64,000 nt of DNA from Vicugna vicugna. Its lineage: Eukaryota. Location of the stretch: NCBI GenBank assembly GCA_013265495.1, contig MU058781.1, positions 10,025,009 through 10,089,008 on the forward strand. The letters run 5' to 3'. Below the pieces are notes generated by a model. That model was not told where the DNA came from, searched no databases, and saw only the letters and a list, made by a program, of their open reading frames with translations. Both the position numbers and the translations under genes were made by a program. How positions within the stretch are numbered: position 1 is the first letter of the stretch; every line of letters begins with the position of its first letter. Shown one piece after another: positions 12,801 to 24,500 of the stretch.

Positions 12801-14084
12801 GTTTTGTCTGTAGATAGACATACACATATACAAAGTCAAAATCAAAAGAGGCTTATACCAGTACCTCCACCAAGAGTCCCCCACCCTTCCCACCAGAAGG
12901 GTAAATGCTATCACGTGATTGTTTGGGTCTGGAAGATAAATAACTTAGGCAGTCAACTATATCAGGGCAGAAGGTCAGAGCAGTGATTCATCACACAATT
13001 TTCAGGTTCATACTGTACACCGATCAGATAGCTTTGAAATTATTTCACTAGCCTGAAGTTCAGTCTGTTCTTTGGAGGAAAAGAAAGATGGCTCCAAACT
13101 GAAATCAGATGTGAGTGGGTTAAAATTTCCATCTGCTTTTTGAGAAGGGCTGAAATAAATTCCCCAGTGAACAGGCCATCTATTATTTACGTCCCTTAAT
13201 CTAGGACTCATGGCACTAGAAGTATCACCACTGGGACTCTAGTTTGCTCTTTTGACTCATAACTTTCTTGGGAGGGATCTGTTTTGCAGTGAGAGGAGGA
13301 CTGGATGTTCTATCAGATGAAAGCTTTCAGATGTTAATGAAATTGGATTCATCCCTGACCCAATTCCTAGTCCTTAGTGTTTCACCTGAGGGTGAACTCA
13401 AGCCATAGCCAACTGGGAGATAGTGTTCTAGTGTGCTTTTAACATTTGTTTTACTGGGGAAACTAAGCAACTGGTGATGTCATGTATCACTAAGATGACA
13501 AGCAGCATTTCATATTTTCAAATGAATTAAGAGCATATTTGAAACCTGTAATTAGTGAGCTGACAACCTAGTCACTGCTTTTCATCTGCAGGCATCTGGA
13601 TTAAGAGAGAAAACAAACAGTCTCTGAGTTTGGGGAGGGTTAGAGATGGCAATCTTCACCAAACCTACAGAACATACCCAAGAAGTCCCTTCGCTTCTTC
13701 AGCTAGAAGTATGTGGAGCTGTGGGGGAGGCAAGCCATAAATGCTTTTACAAATTTTGGCAACGAAAGGAATTTTTTACATTGTATATTGGCGATGTTAA
13801 GTTATGGTACTTCTCTATAATTACATTTCTCTTTAGACAACCTTGAGATAAGACTGTTTTTTATTTCTCATTTTCCTTGGATTTCTATGAACGCAATGGT
13901 GATGCCATCAACCATCAAATTTCAAGAAGTCAGCTGACTGGAATATGTAAAGGAGAGGGTAGTGAGCTAGGTGTTACTACAAAACACTTCAGAGAATATT
14001 TTATCTATTGGAAAATAAGCATGTTGATGCTGAAAAGGTATTTCATTTCCAAATTTTCTCAGTATGGACGGAAGTAGGCTTCTA

Positions 14085-15150
14085 CACAGAGTGCCAGAGT
14101 AGTCTTTTCAAAGCTGAAGCATTGTGTTTGTGTTGCTTAAAGCCCTACAAATGAGTTCTCTTTTCAGTTAAAATAAAACCCAAGCTACCATCATGGTTTT
14201 GAAGGTCCAACATCATCTGGTTCCCATCTGCCTTTTCTACTTCATCAACTCCCATGTTTCCTCGCTCTGTGCCTCAGCTACGCTGGGACCCCCTGTTGAT
14301 CCTTGAATGTGCCAGTCTTGTTCTTGCCCCAAGCTCCCCTCTGCGTGGACGGCTCTTCTCCCAGCTCTCCATTTGACTCCCTCCATTTGATCGTCCAGGA
14401 GCATGTGAACATGTGACCTCTGAATAGAGGCAGTCCTTGAGGACATTTTTGAAACCAGTGCCTTGTCCCAGTTAGCCTTTATCCTTTGTGTCTTCTTCAG
14501 AGTACGCATCAGTAAGGGAAATATCCTTATTTGTTTATCTATAGACAGACCTTGGAGATGTTGCGGGTTTGGTTCTTGACCACCCCAATAAAGCGAATAT
14601 CTCAATAAAGCGAATGCCATGAATTTTTTGGCTTCCCAGTGCATCTGAAAGTTACGTTGACACTGTACTGTGGTCAAGTGAGTGTGCAATAGCATTATGC
14701 CTTAAAAAATAAGTACATACCTTAATTAAAAAGCACTTTACTGCTAAAAAATGCTAACCATCATCTGAGCCTTCAGGCAGCAGTAGTAGCAGCAACCTCA
14801 AAGGTCACTGATCACAGATCACCATCACAAATAAATAATAATGAAAGAGTGTGAAATATTGAGAATTAACAAAATGTGTCACAGAGAAATGAAGTCCGCA
14901 GGTAGCAGGTGCTGTTGGAAGAAGGGGGCAGATAGACTTGTTGATTCAGGGTGGCCACAAACATTCAGTTCGTAAAACATGCACTATCTGCAAAGTACAG
15001 TTAAGTGAAGCACCCTAAAATGAGGTATGCCTGGAAGTACACATGGTTTGTCTGTCTTCTTTGTAGAGTATAATCACCTTGAGGGCAAAGACTTGACTGA
15101 AGACAGTTTTATGTCTAGCACATAAGGCCATTGTTGGCCAGAAATAGCTG
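14085..15150 (+). mobile_element. LINE-2 3' region, split by a Tigger1 derivative
   Basis: GCCAGAGTAGTCTTTTCAAA...CTTAAAGCCCT; resumes after 15033 with CCTTGAGGGCAAAGAC...TCTAGCACA. Confidence 0.7.
14542..15033 (-). mobile_element. Tigger1 internal-deletion derivative (~490 bp, non-autonomous; Tigger1a-type)
   Basis: Both Tigger1 ends present: TAGACAGACCTTGGAGATGTTGCGGGTTTGGTTC and AAAATGAGGTATGCCTG; internal CAATAAAGCGAAT direct repeats; TA on the left flank. Confidence 0.9.
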
Positions 15151-18100
15151 TCTTCTGGTTTTATCTATAACCTTAAAACAAATACTGGATAAAGCTTTAA
15201 GTAAGTTTGGATAAAGCTTTAATCTCTTTAAATTTTAGATGACCAATAATGATAATGTCAATTCTTAACTTGCTCTGAGAGTCACGCTATCCTTAAGTGG
15301 CTTGAAATTCTTCCATGCAGCCACATGAGATCTGGGAGATGAGCTTGAGAAAAACATTTGGGTGCTTAAGTAGCAAAATTTACCTAGTGTCATTAAATAT
15401 AACTAAATGACTCTTGCCTGAACAAACTTGCCCTTTGGGCTTAGCATGGTGGAGGTTCTGTGCATAGTGCAGTAAAGGGCATTTATTAGCTAATGTTTCT
15501 TGTTCTTGTACTTGTATAATAGGGAATTTTGATCTTTTATAAGATTTTCTAGGACTGTAAGAATTTGAAGTGGAGCAGATACTGAAGAGAGGAAAAGTTA
15601 GCCCTGGCATTGAGTTCTTTTAGTAAAGCCTGCTACGAAAGGAAGGATGTGACTTAGTGTGAACCATCAGTCATTTTCAGAATATTTTATCACCTGTCTG
15701 GTGTAGGCACTGGTCTCTCATGTGGATGCCAACCATAATAGGCTTACAGCATAAGGGATGCATGCTAGTGCGTTAGCCCTGGGGACCAAGATGCTAAGAC
15801 CATCACGGACTCAGAAGGAATTTGAGAAAAAAGTGATGTATACAAAAGAGAAAATATGCTATGAGTAAATAGTTTTCTCCACAGTTTTGCTTCGACCTGG
15901 GCTCTAAGTTCAGTAATAAGAAATCTAAATTCTGTTGTTAACCAGTATCACTAATCCATTGTGTGAGGCCACGTAAGTCAATATCAAGTTTACTTGTATT
16001 TTTAAATCTAGGAATAATATCTTCCTTATTTGTCCTCATTTGTTTCAGATAATATAGGTTCGGATTTGAAAGTCAGTAAAACCTATTACCAACAGGAGAT
16101 ATTGTTGGATAATTAAGGGTAATATTAAGTGTTTTGATTCCTCTTAAATCTAAAAGTGTGATTTAAATGTGAAAATGTAATGTATAAAAATATTTTCATT
16201 AGATGTACATTTAGATAGAGCACCATTTAAAAGTTGTTTTGAATTCAGAACAGAGCTTAACCTTACCAAAATTAAAAAAAAAACCTAATGTTTGTCATAA
16301 GTCTTATGACATTTAGTTTTTTTATCAGTGTAATGTGAATGATAGGCGAAAGCTTATAGCATATAAGATATTTTCATTAGCTATACATTTAGATATAAGA
16401 AAACTCAATTTAAAAGCAAAATGTAACTTATAACAATATTTATAAAGCCTATCAAATTGAAAAGTCTTCTAATTGTTTAGTGACAAGTCTCATGACCTTT
16501 AGATTACCTATTGCATTTGATTTTATTTTTAGTCCTTTCAATTATCTTCCTGATCTCAGATATTTTACAGTGAATTAATTCTTGTGTGGAAGAGTTTCAT
16601 CTTCATTGTGGGGGGTATGAGTCATTACTACTTTCATCTTAGGCACAGCATTTCCCCATAGTCATTTGGTAGTAATGAACTATTTAAGCATTTCTGAATA
16701 TAGAGAGGAGGCAGGAATTTGATGGTCATTTATTTGGAGTGAGGAAAATGATCTTATAATGTTAGTGATTATGCTAATTACTTCAAAGGGGTGAATTCAG
16801 CATGTGAACAGAGAAAATGAAATACGAGAAACTAATAATGTTGCTAAAACACAGAAACAAGCATCTATATATGATTTAACTTTATGGAGCATTAGACAAA
16901 TATGTTAATTAAAATTACATGGGATATTTTTAGATTAAAATTTGATCAACTTTTATATAATCTGCCTTTGCCTTTATGATTTTCTAAGATTCTCTTTGTT
17001 CAGATTTTGATGTCAGTATCTTATATGCAATTTTGTTAGCTCTCCACTTCAGAACTTAAATAAATCGTTGCCCTTAATATTGCCTATATGAGGCAGATAT
17101 TTCAGTCCCTTAGAGAAAAACGTGAGCATCTCTAGGTCAACTTGCTTTTATAATAGTTCTGGGAAGCCCAAAGGCCGCATATAAATAAGCGTATTTGAAA
17201 GCCCTTGGCAGAGTGGTGCATAATGTGTAGGTAATGACGAAGATACAGTGAACTGAATTTCAATTCAGGCAGACTAACAGACTAGAAAACGAACATAGCT
17301 AATTTAAACAAGGTGGAGGGAAAAAAAATCACTTACTGCTACTCTTAAAATGGATTGTGAATGTTATTTAATTATTAGTACCACTGCTCTGAATTAATTA
17401 AGCAACCACAGCCTTGCTGGATGTTGTGAAATACAGGCAGACATGCCGAATAGGGGCTGGGGTTGACATTCTACTAAAACTGCCTGGGAAGTAATATTAT
17501 ACCAAATGGTCTCAGTGAGAACAAGGCAGTTGTTCTGGAAAGATAAAAGAAGACCTGGGGGACAGTCCACAAGTAATAATGGGCAATAGCATATTGGTTT
17601 CTTTTCCTCACTATCTGTCTCAGGGTAAGTATATATATGGAGTTCTCTTACTAATTTCAAACAAACTTCTATGTGCTTATTTTGTTTCCTCTTTAACTAC
17701 AGAAATATTTTATAATACAACATTAGATAATACAGAAAGAAGAAATTATATTATATATTGTTAATGGGAAAAAATTTATGATGGCTATTCTCCCATTAAT
17801 GATTCTTAATGCAAATATTGATTAAAATTGTATAATACTATCTTAGAAAAAATGATTGTGATTCTATTGGAAATTCACCCAGTGTTACTGTTCTGGATTT
17901 TAAACAAATACCACTTAAATGACATTTATTCAGAAATAACAATTGAATACTAAGTGGCAGAAACTTAGTTATCTGTCAGTTTCCATTTTCCCTTACTTAA
18001 TAATTAAGTTTCTTAGTTTTACCTGAATGCATAACCACCCAGACTGGAACTGTATTTTCTGTCTTCTCTTACAGTTTGGACTGCCATGTGACTAGATTCT

Positions 18101-18299
18101 GGCCAGAATGGAGCAGAAGAAACAGGATGTCTACTCAAAGGTATGGCTGCTTCCCTTTCCCTTTCACTGTGTGGAGATAATTCTAACATGAAACCAGTCA
18201 TCTCCACCCTGTATTCAAACTCCAGTATTATAAATCCCTTGCAGTTTGAAGTCTCTTAATTATGCCAGCTTAGCCTGTTGGTTAAATAATACAGGTATT

Positions 18300-21200
18300 A
18301 TAATTAGTGATATTGAGAACATTTTCATGTACCCATTGACCCTTTGAATATCTTTAGAAAAATATCTGTTTGGATTTTCTTGCCCATTTTTAATTTTTTT
18401 GGTTTTGCATTATATGAATTCTTTATATATGCTGGTTATCAGCTCCTTATCAGATGTGTGGTTTGCAAATCATTCAGTAAGTTGCCTTTTCATTTGTTGA
18501 TGTTTTTCTTTGGCTGTGTAGAAGCTTTTTGGTATGATGTGACCCACTTTTTTTTTTTTTTTGGTTGCTTATGCTTTAGGTGTCATATCCAAAAATCATT
18601 GCCAAGACCCATGTCAAGAAGTTTTCCCTATGTTTTCTCCTAGGAGTTTTATGATTTCAAGTCTTACATTGAAGTCTTTAATCTGTTCTGAGTTAATTTT
18701 TGTGAGTGGTGTAAGATAGGGGTCTAGTTTCATTCTGTACTTGTGAATATCTAATTTTCACAGCGCTGTTTACTGAAGAAACTGTCTTTGCTCCATTGAG
18801 TGTTCTTGGGTCTCTTGTCAAGTGTTAGTTGACTGTATATGCATAGGTTTACTTCTGGGCTCTAGATTCTGTTCCATTGGTCTGTGTGTGTTTATATGTT
18901 TATGGCAATAGAAAACTGTTTTGATTACTATAGCTTTGTAATATAGTTTGAAATCAGGGAGCATGATGCCTCCAGCTTTGTTCTTCTTTCACAGGCTTGC
19001 TCTGACCATTCAGGGTCTTTGTAGTTTCATATGAATTTTAGGATTGTTTGTTCTATTTCTATAAAAATGCAATTGGAATCATGATAAGGATTGCATTGAT
19101 TCTATACATGTTGTAGGTAGTATGGATATTTTAACAATATCCATTTCTGTCACCAGGTTTGGGCAGTTTTCATCCATTATTGCTTTAGGTATATTTTCTG
19201 TCCCTTCTCTTTCTCCTCTCCTTCTGGGATTCCTATAATACATATATTGTTTTCTTTTATGGTATCCCATAAATCCCTTATGCTTTCTTCATGCTTTTTT
19301 TTTTTAAATAATTTTTGCTCCCCTAACCTTACCTTGTAGTTCACTGATTGTCTCTTCTGATTGGTCAAGTCTGCTGTTGAATTTACATATTGAACTTTTC
19401 AGCTCAGTGATTGTATTCTTCACCTCAAATATTTCTTTTTTTTTCCTTCTATTTCTTTGTTGAATTTCCCATCTTGTTCATGCATTGTTTTCTTAATTTC
19501 ATTTAGTTGTCTGTTCCCTGTACTATTTTTAGAAGAAGATTATTCTGATTTCTTTTCCAGATAGTTCATAGATCTCCATTTCTTTAAGGTCAGTTGTTGG
19601 AGCTTTATTACTTTCCTTTGGTGTATCAGGTTTACCTTATTTTTGTATTCCTTCACTCCTTGCATCAATATCTGCATATATGTGTGAGTGGCCTCCCCTT
19701 CTAGACTTCACAGATTCTCTTTAGCAGGGACGGTTCGTCACCAGTCAGTTCAGGCTGGAATTCTGGACAGGCTAGCTGATGGTGTCCTTGGGAGGGGAGG
19801 CTTCTATCAGGGCCTATTCTGGGGCAAAGCCACAGCCCAGTCTCTGAGGTCAGGAGTGGTGCCGCCTGCTGGGAACGCTTCGGGTAGGACCTCTGGCTTG
19901 CTTCCCTGCCCTTGCATGGCTGTGGGGTAGTCTCTGCAGTTGTCTGGATTCTAACCAGGTTTTCTAGCTAGGAGGGTGGCGGGGCTTGGGATGGGGGAGC
20001 TGGGCACTAAATTCAGCAGTAAGCAGTGCTATGAATTAGCTTCAGCGCCTGGTTGAAGCAGCAGAACGGGCCCCAAGGCTGACATGGATAGTTGTTTGGG
20101 GACCCAAAGCAGGTGGATATGTGCACTGAGTTCCCTGGCCAGGTGGGACAACTGGGTTTGTTCTGTAGACAAGCAGAGCCACTGGCTGGCCTGTTAGCTA
20201 CATGCCACTGTAAGCAGGGCTGTAGAATGGGCTACATAGCTTTCTGAATGCGTTCATTAGTTTTTCTGGTGGGGTAGGTCTTTAATGCTGTATTCAGGGC
20301 TACAAATTAGCTTCCTTGCCTGGGCTGGGCCACAGAAAAGGCTTCAAGGCTGGCAAAGCTCAGTTTTCGGGGGCCAAATCAGACAGGGCTGCACATCAAG
20401 CTCCCTGGCCAGGCAGGGCTACCGATTTGGCTCTACAGATGGCAGAGCTACTGGCCAGGCTTTCTGCTCAAAAGCTGCTAGGCTCTTTCCAGGTGCTCTA
20501 GCCAGGTTTCCTGGTCAGGGGGTGCTGGGGTATCACTCAACAGTAAGCAGGGCTGTGAATTATCTTCCCTGCCTGGGCAGAGCAACAGAACAGGCTTCAA
20601 AGCTGTCAAGGCTTGTTGGTTGAGGTCCCAAATCAGGCAGAACTGTGCATGAAGCTCCTTAGCCAGATGGCTGGTTTGGCCCTGCAGAAGGGCAGAGCCA
20701 CTGGCCAAGTTCTCTGCTCTAGTGCTACTGGGCCACACAGCTTTCCAGGTGCTCCAGCCAGGCTTTGTGATTGGGAGGGACAGAGTATTACCTTCAGCAG
20801 TGAGTGGGGCTATGAATTAGTTCCCTGACTGGGGGAGGGGAGAGCAGCAGAATGGGCGTGATGGCTGGTAAGGCTCATTTCCAGGGAGGTCCCAACTCAG
20901 GCAAAACTGTATGGGAAACTCCATGACCAACCGGGGCTGCCAGCTTGACTCTGCAGAAGGGTAGAGTCAGTGGCCAGACTCTCTGCTCAAGTGCTGTTGG
21001 GCCATGCCGCTTCCTGGGCGCTCTGCCCAGGTTTCCTGGTTGGTCAGGGCTGAAGGCTGCACTCAGCAGTGGACAGGGCTACAAATGAGCTCTCCTGCCT
21101 GGGTGACATGACAGAACAGGCAACAAGACCAGCAAAGCTATTGTTTCAGGTCTCGAATAGGCAGAACTGTATGCTGAGTTAGCCGGCCACAGGGGCCAGC

Positions 21201-21360
21201 GCCTGGCTCCGCAGATGAGTGGCCCTGCTGACGAGGCTTTCTGCTTGAGTGCTGCTGGCCTTCCTGGCTTCCCAGGTGCTCCAGCCAGCCTTCCCAGGCA
21301 GCAGGGCCGCAGGTTACACTCAGCAGCAGGCAGGGCTGTGACACGTGTCTCTGCCCTGTG
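18300..21360 (-). mobile_element. Old LINE-1: tandemly repeated 5' UTR, first half of ORF1 fused to late ORF2, 3' end missing
   Basis: Minus-strand translations EESIRDLWDTIKENNICIIGIPEGEEKEKG (ORF1) and IVKISILP (ORF2); antisense ORF2 sequence 18300-19140; monomer array upstream. Confidence 0.88.
20010..21345 (-). repeat. Degenerate tandem array of ~260-bp monomers (~5 copies) in the L1 5' UTR
   Basis: Motif CAGCAGTRRGCAGGGCTRYRAATTAGC recurs at about 20014, 20285, 20538, 20795, 21064 and 21321. Confidence 0.85.
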
Positions 21361-21380
21361 ATGGAAGGAGTGTCAGAACA

Positions 21381-21535
21381 GGTCTACTTAGATGCAGATA
21401 TTTTCAAGTAGTAATTAGTCCAGTACTGCACGGTCTCTGGTTGGTTGAATTTGCAAATGTGGAGGAACCGTGGATACAGAGGGCTGACCAGAAGCTACAC
21501 GTGGATTAACTCCCGCATTGTTTAAGGGCCAACTG
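21381..21535 (+). mobile_element. Tigger2a/MER8-like MITE lacking its left TIR
   Basis: GGTTGGTTGAATTTGCAAATGTGGAGGAACCGTGGATACAGAGGGCTGAC...GCATTGTTTAAGGGCCAACTG. Confidence 0.75.
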
Positions 21536-24500
21536 AATGTTCCAAAGTAACAAATAACCTTCTGATTTTACAGTAGTTTTATTTATTATTGTTATTTCAC
21601 CTACAGATAAATGATTCCCATAGAGTGGTTTCCAAATAGGTTTCCACCCCAGATCTCCCAAGACAACCTAGGAAAAGCCATGATGCTCAGGAGACAATTC
21701 ATGATCACTTAGGAATTTTGGAGAATTTCGGCAGATATGATGGCATCACAGAAATAAGCCTTGAGTGTTTCTAAATATTGTTAGTCATCACAGTGGGTAT
21801 TTATAAACTGATTTTATATTATTATCTGAGAAACAGAACTTTTTTACAATAATGGGAAAATATTGTATGTGCATATATAGGCAAACAGTATATAGAATGG
21901 CCTTGAAAATGACCTGTTTATCAGCCTGGAACAGTACTGATTGATCAGGTAACTAGGGAAGCATCCCAATTCCAAAAATTTACTAAAGAAGGAATATTTT
22001 AAAAATTCATTGGTAGTAACTATTGTGTGTATGAAGTCTATTAAAAAATTTTAAGTACTTTAAAGCTATGTTTCAAATTAATGTTGGCTATTTCTTGTTA
22101 TTGAAACATTTAAAATATATCCACCAAGTCCTTGAAAGTACTTGGATATATTTGGGCATATTTTCCTTGTGGCAGAATGTGGGTCAGAAAATATAATAAT
22201 CTTTCATTTTTAGAATAGAAATATACTGATGCATAAATGTATTGCTTTATAATATATCAGTCTGCAGGGTATTCTTTTTTTCATAATGGGAAATGGCAGA
22301 AGCAGGTAACTATATTCTTCTGGTATAAAATGGAACTGAACAATCTTTTGCAATTACAGTGCGTAGACCATCCTGGTCCTAGTGAAGGAAGCATAACAAT
22401 TTGCATATTTTAATTTAGAGGTTAGGGACCCCTGTCAAAGTAACAGCTTGGACCAGGTCAGCAAGGAGAAATCGAGAAGAGAGAAATAATTGAAAAGGCA
22501 GTCCCTAACAAAATGAAATTTGTCTCGTTGTCACTTAAGGATGTCTTCTTGTCTTTCTCAGGGAGCAAGGTCAGTTTAAGAATGAAGGGAGTGTGGAGCG
22601 CGGTAGATCGCTAAGGACCAAAGGATAATTTTTTTAATAACAGTGGCAACTGCAATATATATTTATGAAGGGTGGAGGAAAAGAATGCCCATAGCTTTCT
22701 GGTTAAGAGTCAGCAGATGTTCTTTGAGTCGAAGTATTGCAGACGTGTACACAGCCGATCTAAAGTTTGTCCTCAAAGACAAGCAGGTTACAGAGGAGAT
22801 GAAGTACTTAATGAAATAATTTAGTGTGACATATTGATATTGAAGGCTGGAAGGCAGAAAAGGATTTGCAACAAAATTGAGGTATGTCTCTCTTGAAACA
22901 GTTCCCTCTTCCTTTCTCTGAGGGCTGATATGAGATTTCATGAGAAAAGAAGCCCATTTTCTTTCTTTCTCCAAGTTTATGCCAAAACAGAGATGCCAGT
23001 GTGACGTTCAGGAACAGCAGCCACATGAAAATCTCATTGGGATAGAGTCCAGAGGAAAGTCAAGTTACAAAATGTTTCTTCGCTTATGTTTTAGAGAGGT
23101 TTTAATCTCTCCAGTGTCATGTGTTTTCAGTTAAAATGTACATTAGTAAAAAAAAAAAAAGAAAGAAAGAAAAGGAAAAAAAAAAGAAAAGAAAAACTAG
23201 GGCACCAGCAGTGAAGGGAATTAGGCCTGGGGAATGTTAGTTTTCGATAGAGGCAGTGGAGGATGGCTCGAGCTATTATCAGAGCATAAAAGCAGCAGCC
23301 AGATTTCAACTCTGAGTGGCGATAAACATTGTCACAAGTATCCGGGTGTATTGAAAAACTCTCGCTTGAGAACATGAAGATAAGCCTTTCATGTTCATGA
23401 TATAGTTTCATCATTTACATAGAAAGAAAAATACACCCACCAAGAAAGGCCAGATTCTGTGGTTAGCAGGCAGTTTCCCATCCCAGCACACTGGAGGGAC
23501 ACCCACCCCTCATGGGGGCTTGCTGTCAGTGGTTCTCCAATGGCGGAACATTGCACACCAAGGTCTGCAGATAGGCAGGCAGGGAGCATGAAATGTATAA
23601 GACCCTCTCTCTTCCTCCCTAGCTGAGAATCAAGGGTAGAACACAAATCCCTAGGGGGAGAATCACAATGTTAGAGATGGAATGCTAGCTTTCCAGATAA
23701 TGCCGCCGTGGACAAATCAGTTAATAACTCCAAATTTTAGTCTTTTCCACCTGAAACAATACACTGCTGTACTTTACAGTTTTCATGAAACAACATTCAC
23801 AGTATGCTATCTGAAACTATAAAGTGTGTTGCAAGTTTAAGTTCTTATTAATTGACAGAGATAAATATACATACTTGGCTTTGAGATTCTTGCACCCACC
23901 CTCATCCCCATCTGCTTCATCATTTCCCTACAGCTAAATCTCCCACACCTATGCATCCTCTTTGGTCTCAAGCAGATAATGTTCCACCAGCTTCTACACA
24001 CCTGCCCAGGGCATCTCATGAAGAGAAGTAGACTTGTCCTCACAAGTCCATTTTCAATATGAAGAACGACTGTTGTTCCAGAAATGGTCCCCAAATTCTT
24101 AGTGACTTTGAAATTCATTGTGATTTTTTTCCCTTTTAAAAAATAAGAAAATGCATCCGTTACAAAACATATCTAATAATGAGGTCATGTGAAACTCATA
24201 TAGCTCTGGTAAGGAGCCACTAAGTGGCAATTTTGGAAAGAATCTACTTGGCAGTGTTGAGGCTTTCCATTAAAAAGAAAAAAAAGACCACACAACACTT
24301 GCTGTGAAAAGATATTACGTGTTCTCCAGAGAAGTCACACTTCCGCCTTTGTCCTGGAGGTTGTCCAACGACTTTAAAACATTTTTGCATATTACTTTAG
24401 CTACAGTTTTTAAAACTCACAAAATAGCCATACAGTAGTGAATGGAAACTATTAGTATACCAAACAGATACAGGAACAGTAGTCCTGAGAAAATATGACC

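Noticed and set aside
14237..14695. 152-aa minus-strand ORF, the longest in the track
   Set aside because: Crosses an L2/Tigger1 boundary and lies in non-coding repeat sequence; not a transposase
15186..15222. 15-bp direct repeat TGGATAAAGCTTTAA (also TTGATTAATACCA x2 at 26100-26130)
   Set aside because: Small slippage-type duplications with no evidence of function
20010..21345. Regularly spaced repeats as a CRISPR-like or novel array system
   Set aside because: Whole ~260-bp units are homologous with no unique spacers, the context is eukaryotic, and the array is contiguous with L1 ORF1
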